Shown in pieces: positions 17,969 through 27,362 of a DNA stretch of 64,000 nucleotides (the first letter of the stretch is position 1; every line of letters starts with the position of its first letter). Position numbers and translations under genes: made by a program. Below the pieces are notes generated by a model, which ran no database searches, was not told where the DNA came from, and was given only the letters and a program-made list of their open reading frames with translations. The stretch is taken from the NCBI GenBank assembly GCA_965261185.1, contig CBDHCN010000002.1, positions 2,272,813-2,336,812 on the forward strand, written 5' to 3'. Origin of the DNA: Candidatus Aldehydirespiratoraceae bacterium (GTDB taxonomy: Bacteria; Actinomycetota; Acidimicrobiia; Acidimicrobiales; Aldehydirespiratoraceae).

Positions 17969-18823
17969 CTATCGAGTCTGGCCTTCGACGCCTACTTGGT
18001 CGAGTACTTCAAGATCGTCGTTGTGGCTGTGGGTGAAACCTAGTTGGCGTTCGATTTGTACGGTTGGTTCTGACCGGAAGGCGATGACGTAGGCACGGCG
18101 GAACCCGGCGGTGCTGTTGCCCCCTGAGCCGTGCATGACCTGTTCGTTGTGCACCGTCACGTCACCGCGGCTGATCGGGACATGGACCGGCTCGTCCGTG
18201 TCCAACAGGTCTGTGCCGAGGGCGTGTGATTTGCCGCGGTCGCCGTATTGCGGGGTGTGGGGCCGTAGCGCGGGTTCTTTGTTGGTTGCCGGCACGAAAC
18301 GCATACAGCCGTTTTCTATGGTGGAGTCGTCAATAGCCAGCCAGAAGGTGGCGGTGCGGGTGTCGGGTGTTTCGGGCCAATAGGCCATGTCTTGATGCCA
18401 GGCAAAGATCGCATCTTCTTTGTAGGGCTGTTTGGCCAGGAGTTGGTCATAGTCGATTGTCATCTGGTCGCCGTGCAGTTGGCGGACCGCTGAAGCGGCG
18501 CGGCGTTCGAAAATGTTGTCGCACCATGCTGGGTAGTAGCGCCGCGGCAACATGACATTGATGATCGAGAAATCTTCAGGTTTTCGGCCGTGGTCGCCTG
18601 CCATATCGCAGTAGTCCTTACCGGGCACCTCAATCTCGCGTCGCAGGAATCGGTCGTATGTCTCTTCGAGTCCCGCTACTTCGTCCTCGGTCAAAAGGCC
18701 GCGCAGATGCACAAAGCCGAACTCCTGAAAATGCGCCCTCTCGTCGTCCGAGACCCGGTACGTGTCGCCGTCGATCCGTTCATTCAGTCGAGTTGACGGT
18801 GTCATGGTCACAGTTTCGCGCAT
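17969..18823 (-). CDS. phytanoyl-CoA dioxygenase (PhyH) family protein
   Basis: 284 aa with FQEFGFVHLRGLL, WHQDMAYW (HxD) and a C-terminal VMHGSGGN. The start could instead be the ATG at 18805. Confidence 0.75.
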   Translation of the reverse strand: MRETVTMTPSTRLNERIDGDTYRVSDDERAHFQEFGFVHLRGLLTEDEVAGLEETYDRFLRREIEVPGKDYCDMAGDHGRKPEDFSIINVMLPRRYYPAWCDNIFERRAASAVRQLHGDQMTIDYDQLLAKQPYKEDAIFAWHQDMAYWPETPDTRTATFWLAIDDSTIENGCMRFVPATNKEPALRPHTPQYGDRGKSHALGTDLLDTDEPVHVPISRGDVTVHNEQVMHGSGGNSTAGFRRAYVIAFRSEPTVQIERQLGFTHSHNDDLEVLDQVGVEGQTR

Positions 18824-18952
18824 TTTGTTGGGTCGGCACCCTTCGGTTCGGTCGAGATTGCCGATGTAGGAACAAGAAGTTGCAGTTGTGCCCTCTTTGG
18901 CGTCTGTCTTTATTGCCTCAAGCTGTCGAGACTGTGCCAGTAAGGTGCGGCC

Positions 18953-19462
18953 ATGGCCGTCAGAGCACTCCTTGCCGACGAGGTTTCGGACTACAAGGCG
19001 ATACGGTTGCGCGCTCTTTTTGTTGATCCACAGGCATTCTGTTCAACCCATGAGTACGAGTCTGCGTTCGACGAGACAACGTGGATGGGTCGTCTGACAT
19101 CGTTCGCGGGGAGACCCGGGACAGTGTTCGTCGACGAGATTGACGGTGAACTACTGGCGATGCTGGGTGTCGGATGCACCCCGGTACACGGCCAAGCGAC
19201 GATCTGGGGTATGTGGGTTGAACCAGTCGCTCGACGCCGCGGCTCGGCCCGACGTTTGCTCGGTGCCGCGTTCGATTGGTGCGATCAGCGGGGTTTGACT
19301 TCGCTCAGTCTGGAGGTGCTCCCGGCGAACAAGGCTGCGATTGCGTTGTACCGCTCGGTTGGATTCACCGAGGCACGATCCACCGATGCCGACGCTGACG
19401 AGATCATGATGTCCGCCCCGGTCATTCGAGGTGCAGAGAATCACCACACTCGAGTATTTTAA
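18953..19462 (+). CDS. GNAT family N-acetyltransferase
   Basis: 169 aa with the acetyl-CoA motif VEPVARRRGSARRLL and NKAAIALYRSVGF. The last 41 nt overlap the convergent ORF 19422..19952. Confidence 0.8.
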   Translation: MAVRALLADEVSDYKAIRLRALFVDPQAFCSTHEYESAFDETTWMGRLTSFAGRPGTVFVDEIDGELLAMLGVGCTPVHGQATIWGMWVEPVARRRGSARRLLGAAFDWCDQRGLTSLSLEVLPANKAAIALYRSVGFTEARSTDADADEIMMSAPVIRGAENHHTRVF

Positions 19463-19952
19463 GCTTGACGGGTGTTGACCCGAAGCTCAGGCTGGCGAGT
19501 CTGTCTCTCAACGAATACCTGAGCTTGTCTAGTTCTCGTCCTGCAACGAAATACGCCGTGAGGTTGAGTTTGAGTCCGTTTTCTTCAAAGTGGTCAATTA
19601 GTACTCGCAGTCCTTCGCGGAGTTGTTCTATGTCATCCGGGTTTGCGGCGCCGCTTTTTAACTCAATCGGCACAAGCTGAGCAAGACTGCTATTAACCGC
19701 TAGGACGGCGAAGTCGCACATTCTCGTGTCTTGACCCTTTTTGACAAACCGATATTCGGCTCCGGGAACATCAAGACGCAGAATGTAGAGACAGCGATGA
19801 GTGACTGTTGTCTGTATGTCGAGGCGACACAAGTTTTCCTCCAGGTCGAACAACGAGACTGCTTCTGCGCCATGTTCGAGTAGCTTCGAGTTGAGATTGC
19901 AGACTTGGCACTCTGCGCTCAAGCAGCGCAAAGTCTCGGATTCGACGGACAT
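19422..19952 (-). CDS. hypothetical protein with an N-terminal Cys cluster and a PD-(D/E)xK-like motif
   Basis: 176 aa with C10/C15/C18, and D80 (CDFAVL) followed by E97-L-K99 (VPIELKSG). It starts 6 nt after the ATPase stop. The segment is low-GC. Confidence 0.6.
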   Translation of the reverse strand: MSVESETLRCLSAECQVCNLNSKLLEHGAEAVSLFDLEENLCRLDIQTTVTHRCLYILRLDVPGAEYRFVKKGQDTRMCDFAVLAVNSSLAQLVPIELKSGAANPDDIEQLREGLRVLIDHFEENGLKLNLTAYFVAGRELDKLRYSLRDRLASLSFGSTPVKLKILECGDSLHLE

Positions 19953-19958
19953 TGGCGA

Positions 19959-21410
19959 CTATTCGTTAGAACTGTCGATCAAGTCATTCACGAGTTGAGA
20001 TGTCGTGTCGTACTGCGCCCGCATCACATCGGTGAACGTTGACTCGTCTACACCGTCTATACGGTCAGGATCCACGCGTTGCGCTACGCACGCGCCATTT
20101 TCGCGCGAAAAACGCAGGCATCGCACCCTCGATCGATCAATACTTGGCAACCCGAAGGGGTTCTCCGCGGAGTCTGACAATTCGTGGACTCGCATCATGT
20201 TGTTGAACTGAGTGACGAAGAAGTCGGAATGAGTGGTGAGCACGATGCGGCCGCCGTTGTTCACCAATTTGGCCAGGAACGACGCGACGCGCATCTGCAT
20301 CGCGGGGTGCAGATGCGCCTCTGGTTCGTCAATGGTGAGATGATCGACAAAATAGTGAGACCGCAAGACGAGAAGCAGTGGAGCTAGTTCCGACAGCATC
20401 GACGATGTTCGGGCCATAGGGAAGCGCCCCTCGGAAGTTACGGCGACGATGGAATCCACGCCTTCTGCGTTCGGATCAACCTCGATCGCCACTTGCAAGT
20501 CCTCCTCGAATTCATCTACGAGAGGATCAAAAACCGATGGCATGTCTTTCACTTCGAAGAGTAATTCAGGAATCTCAAGCACGAGTGAAAGAAAGTCAGC
20601 CGCCGTGCCTGTCAGGGTTCCAAACTTGATCGGTCGGATGCCTGCCCTGGTTGCTTGTCGTATCACCGAACCTGCTAGAACGCTATGACTTTGCATTATC
20701 CCCGTTCGATCGGCCGGCAGATGACTAGCTGAGCTCGGCCAAGACGAGAACAGCATGGAGAACGCAACTTGGTCGGTCACGCGATCTAGGCGCGGTGTAT
20801 GGGATTCGCGTCGCCAGCCGTGTGCCTTCAGATTCCTGAAAGTGGTTGTTTGCCGTATTTCTTGGGGATGCAACGCGCGTTGAAGCCAGCCAACCGGGTC
20901 CAACAGATTTACCGACGAAGTATCCGAGTCAAACCTGACTTCTACTTCCCAATCACGTAGCGAACCACTTATGCGAAGGTAGCTGTCGTCCGCATTGCCG
21001 TTTGGTGTTTTTCTCCGTAGGTCTGAGGCTTGTGCCCCGAATGCGTATTCGACGCTGTCTCGTACGTCGGACGCGTAGCGTTCCAGGATGTTTGTTGCGA
21101 GACTCTTCGCCCACTCCACCGTTTGGTCGCTCGGTGTGCGCGTGAACTCCTCGGACACCGTTGAGTCGCCGTCCGGATCATCAAGCACACGTAAAATCCA
21201 CTCTTGAACTTCAACCGGAACCTCGGTCGGTCGACCAATTCGGTCAAGTCGGGAATGTGGTTCGGGCTTGGCATCGAGAACGCGGTGCAGGACGGTCGCA
21301 AAGAAGGTTTTGCCCGTGTTGTTTTCGCCGATGAGTAGATTCAGGTCGCCTAGTTCCATCTGGGCGGATCGAAGTGGCCCGAGATTGGACAGTTCTACTG
21401 AGATGCTCAC
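19959..21410 (-). CDS. ABC/AAA_15-AAA_21-like ATPase (OLD / PtuA / AriA-type architecture)
   Basis: 483 aa with an N-terminal Walker A (LLIGENNTGKTF), a long insert, then TSSMLSEL, Walker B (LTIDEPEAHLHP) and an H-loop (LTTHSDFF). Sampled lines are 42-52% GC. Confidence 0.8.
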   Translation of the reverse strand: MSISVELSNLGPLRSAQMELGDLNLLIGENNTGKTFFATVLHRVLDAKPEPHSRLDRIGRPTEVPVEVQEWILRVLDDPDGDSTVSEEFTRTPSDQTVEWAKSLATNILERYASDVRDSVEYAFGAQASDLRRKTPNGNADDSYLRISGSLRDWEVEVRFDSDTSSVNLLDPVGWLQRALHPQEIRQTTTFRNLKAHGWRRESHTPRLDRVTDQVAFSMLFSSWPSSASHLPADRTGIMQSHSVLAGSVIRQATRAGIRPIKFGTLTGTAADFLSLVLEIPELLFEVKDMPSVFDPLVDEFEEDLQVAIEVDPNAEGVDSIVAVTSEGRFPMARTSSMLSELAPLLLVLRSHYFVDHLTIDEPEAHLHPAMQMRVASFLAKLVNNGGRIVLTTHSDFFVTQFNNMMRVHELSDSAENPFGLPSIDRSRVRCLRFSRENGACVAQRVDPDRIDGVDESTFTDVMRAQYDTTSQLVNDLIDSSNE

Positions 21411-21454
21411 AAGACCAGACTAGCGGGGCGGACTTGTAGGAGTCAGCGGCGAGG

Positions 21455-22576
21455 CTAGGACAGAGCCGACACGACGTAGTCGAGGCAGGCGGTTAGAGCT
21501 TCGATGTCGCTGGGGTCGATGGCGGGGAACAAACCGATACGGAGTTGGTTGCGGCCCAGACTGCGGTATCCGAAAGTGTCGACGATGCCGTTTGCCAACA
21601 ACACGTCGTAGATCGTGTCGGCGCTTACTGCGTCGGAGAAGTCGATGGTGGCAACGACCTTGCTGCGCTGCTGTAGGTCTTGGACGAACGGGCTGGCGAA
21701 GTCGCGGCTGGAAGCCCACGAATACATGATCTCGGCCGATTGCGCACAACGGCCGGCGGACCAGGTCAAACCACCGTTTTCGTTGAACCAGTTGACCGTG
21801 TGTGCGGTCAAGAACACGGTTGCCAAAGCGGGCGTGTTGTAGGTCTGATCTTTGCGAGAGTTGTCGATAGCCAATTTGAGATCGAGCGTTGGGGGAATCC
21901 ATCGGTCGCTCGCGGCGATGCGTTCGACACGTTCGATTGCCGCCGGTGACAACATCGCGATCCACAGACCACCGTCACCGGCCATCGCTTTTTGAGGCGC
22001 GAAATAGTAGGCGTCGGCAGCGCCACCGTCGAACATCAAACCGCCCGCCGCAGAGGTTGCGTCGACCAGCATCAGTGCGCCTTCGTCGTCGACCCGGGTC
22101 GGGTTCAGCATCACACCGGTTGATGTCTCGTTGTGGGGATAGCAGTAGGCGTCGACGTCCTCCACAGCAACCAGCGGGGGGTGGGTTCCAAAATCGGAGG
22201 TCGTCACTGAGGGGGCACGCAGATGTGGCGCGCCCCCGACACCTCGAGCGAATTTGCCGCTGAACTCACCGAAACAGAGATGGTGACTGCGCTCGTCAAT
22301 CAAACTAAACGTGGCGCAATCCCAAAAACCCGTAGCACCACCGTTGCCCACCACGACTTCATAACCGTCAGGAGCACGAAGGAGTTCCGCAATACCGTTA
22401 CGGAGTTCGGCCACCGCCAGCCTCACCGGCATGCGACGATGCGAGGTGCCCATATAGTCGGTAGCTCGAGCGCTCAGAGCCTTGAGAGCTTCGGGACGAA
22501 CCTTGGTCGGCCCGCTCCCAAATCGTCCATCAACAGGGAGCAGGTCGGCAGGAATGATGATGTCTGGAATTGTCAC
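21455..22576 (-). CDS. serC: phosphoserine aminotransferase (actinobacterial type)
   Basis: IIPADLLPVDGRFGSGPTKVRPEAL, YFAPQK and a C-terminal GRNQLRIGLFPAI match actinobacterial SerC. The GTG at 22576 gives 373 aa. The track ORF to 22648 would leave only 5 nt to the divergent gene. Confidence 0.85.
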   Translation of the reverse strand: MTIPDIIIPADLLPVDGRFGSGPTKVRPEALKALSARATDYMGTSHRRMPVRLAVAELRNGIAELLRAPDGYEVVVGNGGATGFWDCATFSLIDERSHHLCFGEFSGKFARGVGGAPHLRAPSVTTSDFGTHPPLVAVEDVDAYCYPHNETSTGVMLNPTRVDDEGALMLVDATSAAGGLMFDGGAADAYYFAPQKAMAGDGGLWIAMLSPAAIERVERIAASDRWIPPTLDLKLAIDNSRKDQTYNTPALATVFLTAHTVNWFNENGGLTWSAGRCAQSAEIMYSWASSRDFASPFVQDLQQRSKVVATIDFSDAVSADTIYDVLLANGIVDTFGYRSLGRNQLRIGLFPAIDPSDIEALTACLDYVVSALS

Positions 22577-22680
22577 GGCGCCAATCTTGACAGCAAAACG
22601 GAGGTTTCGGCGGGTATTTCGCGGATCTTCAAACAGAATTTCCCGCACGCGGCATGGGCATCTCGCTAGCCTCCCGCGGT

Positions 22681-23880
22681 ATGTCTACTGACCGCATTTC
22701 AACCCGGGTGTCCGCCATCGCACCCTCGGCGACTCTCGCCGTCTCCAACAAAGCCAAAGCACTACGAGCCGCAGGTGAACCAGTCATCGGTTTTGGCGCG
22801 GGAGAACCCGACTTCGCCACTCCCGAACACATCGTGGAAGCGGCCATAGCAGCCTGTCGCAACCCGAAAATGCACAAGTACTCGCCTGTAGGTGGCCTCC
22901 CTGAACTGAAGGAGGCCATCGCCGCGAAGACCATGCGCGACAGCGGCCTGCCATGTTCCGCTGCAGACGTATTGGTAACCAACGGCGGAAAGCACGCCGT
23001 GTACAACGCCTTTGAGGCTTTGTTGAATCCAGGTGACGAAGTGTTGTTGCCGACACCGTATTGGACCACCTATCCCGAGCCGATTGCGCTGGCTGGGGGC
23101 GTAACGGTTCCCGTGTTGACCGAAGCGGTCGATGGTTTCAGGGCCTCGCTGGAGCAACTTGAAGCCGCACGCACCGAACAAACCAAGGCATTCGTTTTTG
23201 TGTCGCCCTCGAATCCGACAGGGGCCGTGTATCCCCGCGAAGAGATTGAGGCAATCGGGCGCTGGGCTGTCGAGCACGGTCTCTGGGTCTTAACCGACGA
23301 GATCTACGAACACCTCGTATATGGCGACAACGAACACCATTCAATGCCAGTGGTTGTACCTGAGTTACGCGATAAGTGCATTGTGCTCAATGGCGTGGCC
23401 AAGACCTACGCCATGACTGGATGGCGGGTCGGTTGGATGATCGGTCGGGCCGATGTGATCAAAGCGGCGCAAAACCTGCAATCGCACTGCACCAGCAATG
23501 TTGCCAATGTCTGTCAGGCAGCGGCGCTCGCCGCGGTTTCGGGGCCGCTCGATGCCGTCGAACGGATGCGAGAAGCTTTTGATCGTCGTCGCAAAGCCAT
23601 GTACGGGTTGCTGAGTGGCATCGACGGCGTCTGGTGCCCCGAACCCCAAGGTGCCTTCTACGCCTATCCAGACTTAACGGGAGTGCTCGGGCGCAACTAT
23701 GGCGGAGTAACGCCGACGACCACAATTGAGTTGGCAGAGCTGATGCTTGAGCAGATCAAGGTGGCGATCGTGCCGGGTGAGGCTTTCGGAGTTGGCGGGG
23801 GAGCCCGGCTCTCATTCGCGCTCGGTGATGATGATCTCGGCGAGGGTGTGGGCCGCATCGTCGAATATCTCAACGGCTGA
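22681..23880 (+). CDS. aspC: class I pyridoxal-phosphate aminotransferase (aspartate aminotransferase-like)
   Basis: [10 protein letters not shown] and [16 protein letters not shown] (PLP lysine context). The likely start is [13 protein letters not shown] at 22681. The track ORF starts at 22654. Confidence 0.8.
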   Translation: MSTDRISTRVSAIAPSATLAVSNKAKALRAAGEPVIGFGAGEPDFATPEHIVEAAIAACRNPKMHKYSPVGGLPELKEAIAAKTMRDSGLPCSAADVLVTNGGKHAVYNAFEALLNPGDEVLLPTPYWTTYPEPIALAGGVTVPVLTEAVDGFRASLEQLEAARTEQTKAFVFVSPSNPTGAVYPREEIEAIGRWAVEHGLWVLTDEIYEHLVYGDNEHHSMPVVVPELRDKCIVLNGVAKTYAMTGWRVGWMIGRADVIKAAQNLQSHCTSNVANVCQAAALAAVSGPLDAVERMREAFDRRRKAMYGLLSGIDGVWCPEPQGAFYAYPDLTGVLGRNYGGVTPTTTIELAELMLEQIKVAIVPGEAFGVGGGARLSFALGDDDLGEGVGRIVEYLNG

Positions 23881-23884
23881 TCCG

Positions 23885-25900
23885 GTGTCTACTCAAGTCG
23901 ATCAGTCGCCTGAGCGACGCGTCACCCCCTACGGAGCTTGGTCTTCCTCGATTAGTGCTGGCGACCTGGTGGGAGGAGCTGTTCAGATTTCGGAGGTTCG
24001 GGCGGATCCTGTCGATCCTGGCTTGATCTGGTGGTCGGAAACCCGGCCAGAAGAAGGCGGGCGCACGGCGGTGATGCGTTACTCAATCCCTGCCCGAACC
24101 GCCACCGAACACACGCCGACAGATGCCAACGTGCGTACGCTGGTTCACGAATACGGCGGCGGGGCCTGGTGGCCGCACAACGGTGCGCTGTTTTATGTCG
24201 ACTTCGCCGACCAGCGCCTGCGTCTGATCAACCGTCAGGGCAGGGTCCGCTATCTGACTGATGAACCGGCGGTCTCCCGGGCCGACCGCTATGCCGATGG
24301 CAGAGTCACACCTGACGGCCGCTGGTGCGTGATCGTGCGAGAGCGCCACAACGCCGGGAGTGAGCCGGCCAACGAAGTTGTGGCCGTGGCAAACAACGGC
24401 ACCGCTGAAATCAACGTCCTGTTCTCTGATGCCGATTTTGTGATGTCGCCGCGCCTTTCACCGGCTGGCGATCTGCTGGCCTGGATTTCTTGGGATCACC
24501 CCAACATGGGCTGGGATTCGACTCGGCTGCATATCGCCCCGTTTGCTGACGGGCGACTCAACGGGGAAATCCTCACCGTGGGGCAGTTCGATGAGGCGAG
24601 CTACTGCGAACCCGACTTCGGCATCAACGGGCTGCGGGTCTGTTGCGATCACGAAGGTTGGTGGAACCTCTACGACGTGGATCTGAGCAGCGGCGCGCTT
24701 TCACGGGTCGTTGGCGGCCCGTTCGAGATCGCCACACCTCCCTGGGTGTTCGGTATGCAGCGCTGGGCCGCGTGGCCCACGAGTTCCGGCGACGAACAGG
24801 TTTTTGCTGTTGCCGGCATGCCGACTGGTGATGAACTGATTGTCGACGGCAGCACTATGTCGATGATCGATAGTTCTGTTACTTCGCTATCGGCTGGTCC
24901 CGGGGCGGTGGTGGCCGTCGGTTCGGGTTACGGCCACGAGACCGAGGTGATTCGTCTCAGCGTCGATGCGAGCGGGTTGGGCCGTGAAGTGATCCGACCT
25001 TCAAGGCCTCTTCCGTTTAAACAGGGCTATCTGGTTGAGCCCGAATGGATCACGTTCCCAAGCGGCCCCGGCGATGGGGATGGCGCTGATGGGGATGACG
25101 GCGATGGGGATGACATAGTGGCTCACGGGCTGTTTTATCCGCCGACGAATCCCGATCATGTTGGGCCCGATGGCGAGCGCCCGCCTTTGATGGTGCTGGC
25201 GCACGGTGGCCCCACAGCCCAGGCCCGCCGCGAACTTCGGCCGGGCATTCTTTATTGGACTTCGCGAGGAATCGCAGTGGTCGACGTGGACTATCGCGGT
25301 TCTACGGGTTACGGCACGGCCTTTCGGAAATCACTTGATGGGCAGTGGGGTGTCGCCGATGTGGCCGACTGTGTCGCCGCCGCTCAATACCTGGCCGGGC
25401 GAGGCGATGTCGATCCGCAACGTTTAATGATCAGGGGTGGCAGCGCGGGTGGGTTCACTGTTTTGGCCGCGTTGGCGTTTCATGATGTGTTCTCGGCGGG
25501 GGCAAGTCGTTATGGCATCGCGGATCTGGAAGCTTTAGCTACTGATACGCACAAGTTCGAGTCGCGTTACCTCGACACGCTGGTCGGCCCCTATCCCGCC
25601 GACAAGGCCGTTTACGTTGAGCGTTCGCCGATCAACCATGTGGACGGCATCGACGTGCCGCTGATCGTGTTGCAAGGCGCCGAGGATGTGATTGTGCCGC
25701 CTTCACAGTCGGAAATGATCGTCTCGGCCCTCAAATCGAAAGGCGTCAAGGTGGCGTACTTGTTGTTTCCTGGCGAGCAGCACGGTTTCCGTCAGGCCGA
25801 CAACATTGTGCGCGCCTTGGAAGCCGAACTCGAATTTTTTGGCGAAGTTCTCGATTTCAGTCCTGCTGGTATGACCGCGGAAGCAAGAAGCAATGAATAG
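23885..25900 (+). CDS. S9 family serine peptidase (prolyl oligopeptidase / acylaminoacyl-peptidase-like)
   Basis: The C-terminal hydrolase domain has GGSAGG (nucleophile), VLQGAEDVIV and EQHGF. The GTG at 23885 lies just after the aspC stop. The track ORF from 23747 overlaps aspC. Confidence 0.8.
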   Translation: MSTQVDQSPERRVTPYGAWSSSISAGDLVGGAVQISEVRADPVDPGLIWWSETRPEEGGRTAVMRYSIPARTATEHTPTDANVRTLVHEYGGGAWWPHNGALFYVDFADQRLRLINRQGRVRYLTDEPAVSRADRYADGRVTPDGRWCVIVRERHNAGSEPANEVVAVANNGTAEINVLFSDADFVMSPRLSPAGDLLAWISWDHPNMGWDSTRLHIAPFADGRLNGEILTVGQFDEASYCEPDFGINGLRVCCDHEGWWNLYDVDLSSGALSRVVGGPFEIATPPWVFGMQRWAAWPTSSGDEQVFAVAGMPTGDELIVDGSTMSMIDSSVTSLSAGPGAVVAVGSGYGHETEVIRLSVDASGLGREVIRPSRPLPFKQGYLVEPEWITFPSGPGDGDGADGDDGDGDDIVAHGLFYPPTNPDHVGPDGERPPLMVLAHGGPTAQARRELRPGILYWTSRGIAVVDVDYRGSTGYGTAFRKSLDGQWGVADVADCVAAAQYLAGRGDVDPQRLMIRGGSAGGFTVLAALAFHDVFSAGASRYGIADLEALATDTHKFESRYLDTLVGPYPADKAVYVERSPINHVDGIDVPLIVLQGAEDVIVPPSQSEMIVSALKSKGVKVAYLLFPGEQHGFRQADNIVRALEAELEFFGEVLDFSPAGMTAEARSNE

Positions 25901-25969
25901 AATCGCCCGGTTGGCCGCTAGCCCAGGCTCTCAGACGGCCTGTGACCGCAATAGTTCAAGGTGGTTTTG

Positions 25970-26908
25970 ATGAAACGAGTTTTGGTGTCGGAAACGATTG
26001 CTGAGGCGGGTTTGGATCTGCTTCGCTCGGCGGGCCACGACGTGGATGTGCAACTCGGCTTGTCGCCGGAGAAGTTGTGCGAAGCGATGGTGGGTGCGTC
26101 GGCGCTTATTGTTCGCTCGGCGACTCAGGTCGACGCGGCTGTGCTGGCGGCGGGCACTGATCTGGTTGTGGTGGGTCGTGCTGGTGTGGGTGTCGACAAC
26201 GTTGATGTGGCTGAATCCACAAAACGCGGTGTCACAGTGGTCAATGCGCCGCTGTCGAATGTCACCTCGGCCGCTGAACATTCGATGGCCTTGTTGTTGG
26301 CGCAGGCGCGCAACGTGCCCCAGGCGCATGCGGCTTTGCAAGCTGGTCGCTGGGAGCGGTCGCAGTGGCAGGGTGTGGAACTGGCCGGGAAAACTCTTGG
26401 CGTTATTGGCTTGGGCCGTATCGGTTCGCTGGTGGCGCAGCGTGCCCTGGCGTTCGGCATGAAAATCGTGGCCCACGACCCGTACATCACCCAAGAGATT
26501 GCCGACAAGGTCAACGCTGAGCTTATTGAGCTTGATGAGTTGATGGCCCGCTCCGATTTTGTGACCATGCATCTGCTCAAAACACCCGAGACGATCGGTC
26601 TCATCGGCACCGAGATGCTGGCTAAAGCTAAGCCGTCTTTACGGATCGTGAATGTTTCACGCGGTGGTGTTATCGACGAGGAGGCTCTTGCGTCCGCGGT
26701 TCGTTCCGGCACGATTGCGGGCGCGGCGATTGACGTGTTCGACGTTGAACCGGCGCTGGATTCACCGCTGTTGGGTGTGGACGGAATCGTGGTAACCCCG
26801 CATCTTGGTGCCAACACGGCTGAAGCTCAGCACGCCGCGGGGATCACCATCGCTGAGCAGGTGCGGTTGGCTCTCGCCGGCGAGCCGGTGCCGTTTGCGG
26901 TCAACTAA
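25970..26908 (+). CDS. serA: D-3-phosphoglycerate dehydrogenase-like 2-hydroxyacid dehydrogenase, short form without an ACT domain
   Basis: GKTLGVIGLGRIGSLVA (NAD fold), NVSRGGVIDE and TPHLGANT. The ATG at 25970 is preceded by aaggtgg. At 312 aa it lacks the regulatory domains. Confidence 0.7.
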   Translation: MKRVLVSETIAEAGLDLLRSAGHDVDVQLGLSPEKLCEAMVGASALIVRSATQVDAAVLAAGTDLVVVGRAGVGVDNVDVAESTKRGVTVVNAPLSNVTSAAEHSMALLLAQARNVPQAHAALQAGRWERSQWQGVELAGKTLGVIGLGRIGSLVAQRALAFGMKIVAHDPYITQEIADKVNAELIELDELMARSDFVTMHLLKTPETIGLIGTEMLAKAKPSLRIVNVSRGGVIDEEALASAVRSGTIAGAAIDVFDVEPALDSPLLGVDGIVVTPHLGANTAEAQHAAGITIAEQVRLALAGEPVPFAVN

Positions 26909-26954
26909 ACCTGTTCAAGCAACAGCAAATGTGCATGACTAACAACTTGTTGTG

Positions 26955-27317
26955 TTAGCGGCGGGCTTTGCGGTAGCCGTCTGCTTCCGCATCGCTTTCG
27001 TTGGCGTAACAGCGGTCAGGGACCGTCCGTTCATAGGAACTTCCGCCTGGTACGTGAAAAATCTTCGAAGAAGACTTGGCTTTGATCGGATAACCGGACG
27101 GGCAGACCCCGTCTACTGGTTCAACCCCTGCAGGCGTGAATTGAACCGGGCCGTCCCTGGGGGCTGGAGCCGGGGTGTCGGTGAGTGGCTGCCATGTGGC
27201 GCTGCCGGTCACTTCCGGTGCGCGGCGACGCCGCAGAGCGCGCAGAATACCAACCGCGAAACCAACAACAGCGCCGATTCTGAACAGTCGGGCCATGCGA
27301 CCTAGTGCGGCGGGCAT
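26955..27317 (-). CDS. small membrane-anchored protein with a C-terminal IKA..SKI(F/Y)H.PG...Y motif ('sunset'-like domain)
   Basis: 120 aa with one N-terminal hydrophobic helix. The C-terminal YPIKAKSSSKIFHVPGGSSYERT...CYANESDAEADGYRKA resembles a recurrent small bacterial domain. Confidence 0.5.
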   Translation of the reverse strand: MPAALGRMARLFRIGAVVGFAVGILRALRRRRAPEVTGSATWQPLTDTPAPAPRDGPVQFTPAGVEPVDGVCPSGYPIKAKSSSKIFHVPGGSSYERTVPDRCYANESDAEADGYRKARR

Positions 27318-27362
27318 GACTTAGAGGGTAGCGGATCGGCTGGAGCATTCTCAGCAGGGTCC

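Noticed and set aside
25931-26817. Minus-strand ORFs 25931..26572 and 26125..26817
   Set aside because: Both are antisense to the serA-like gene, which has clear Rossmann and catalytic motifs.
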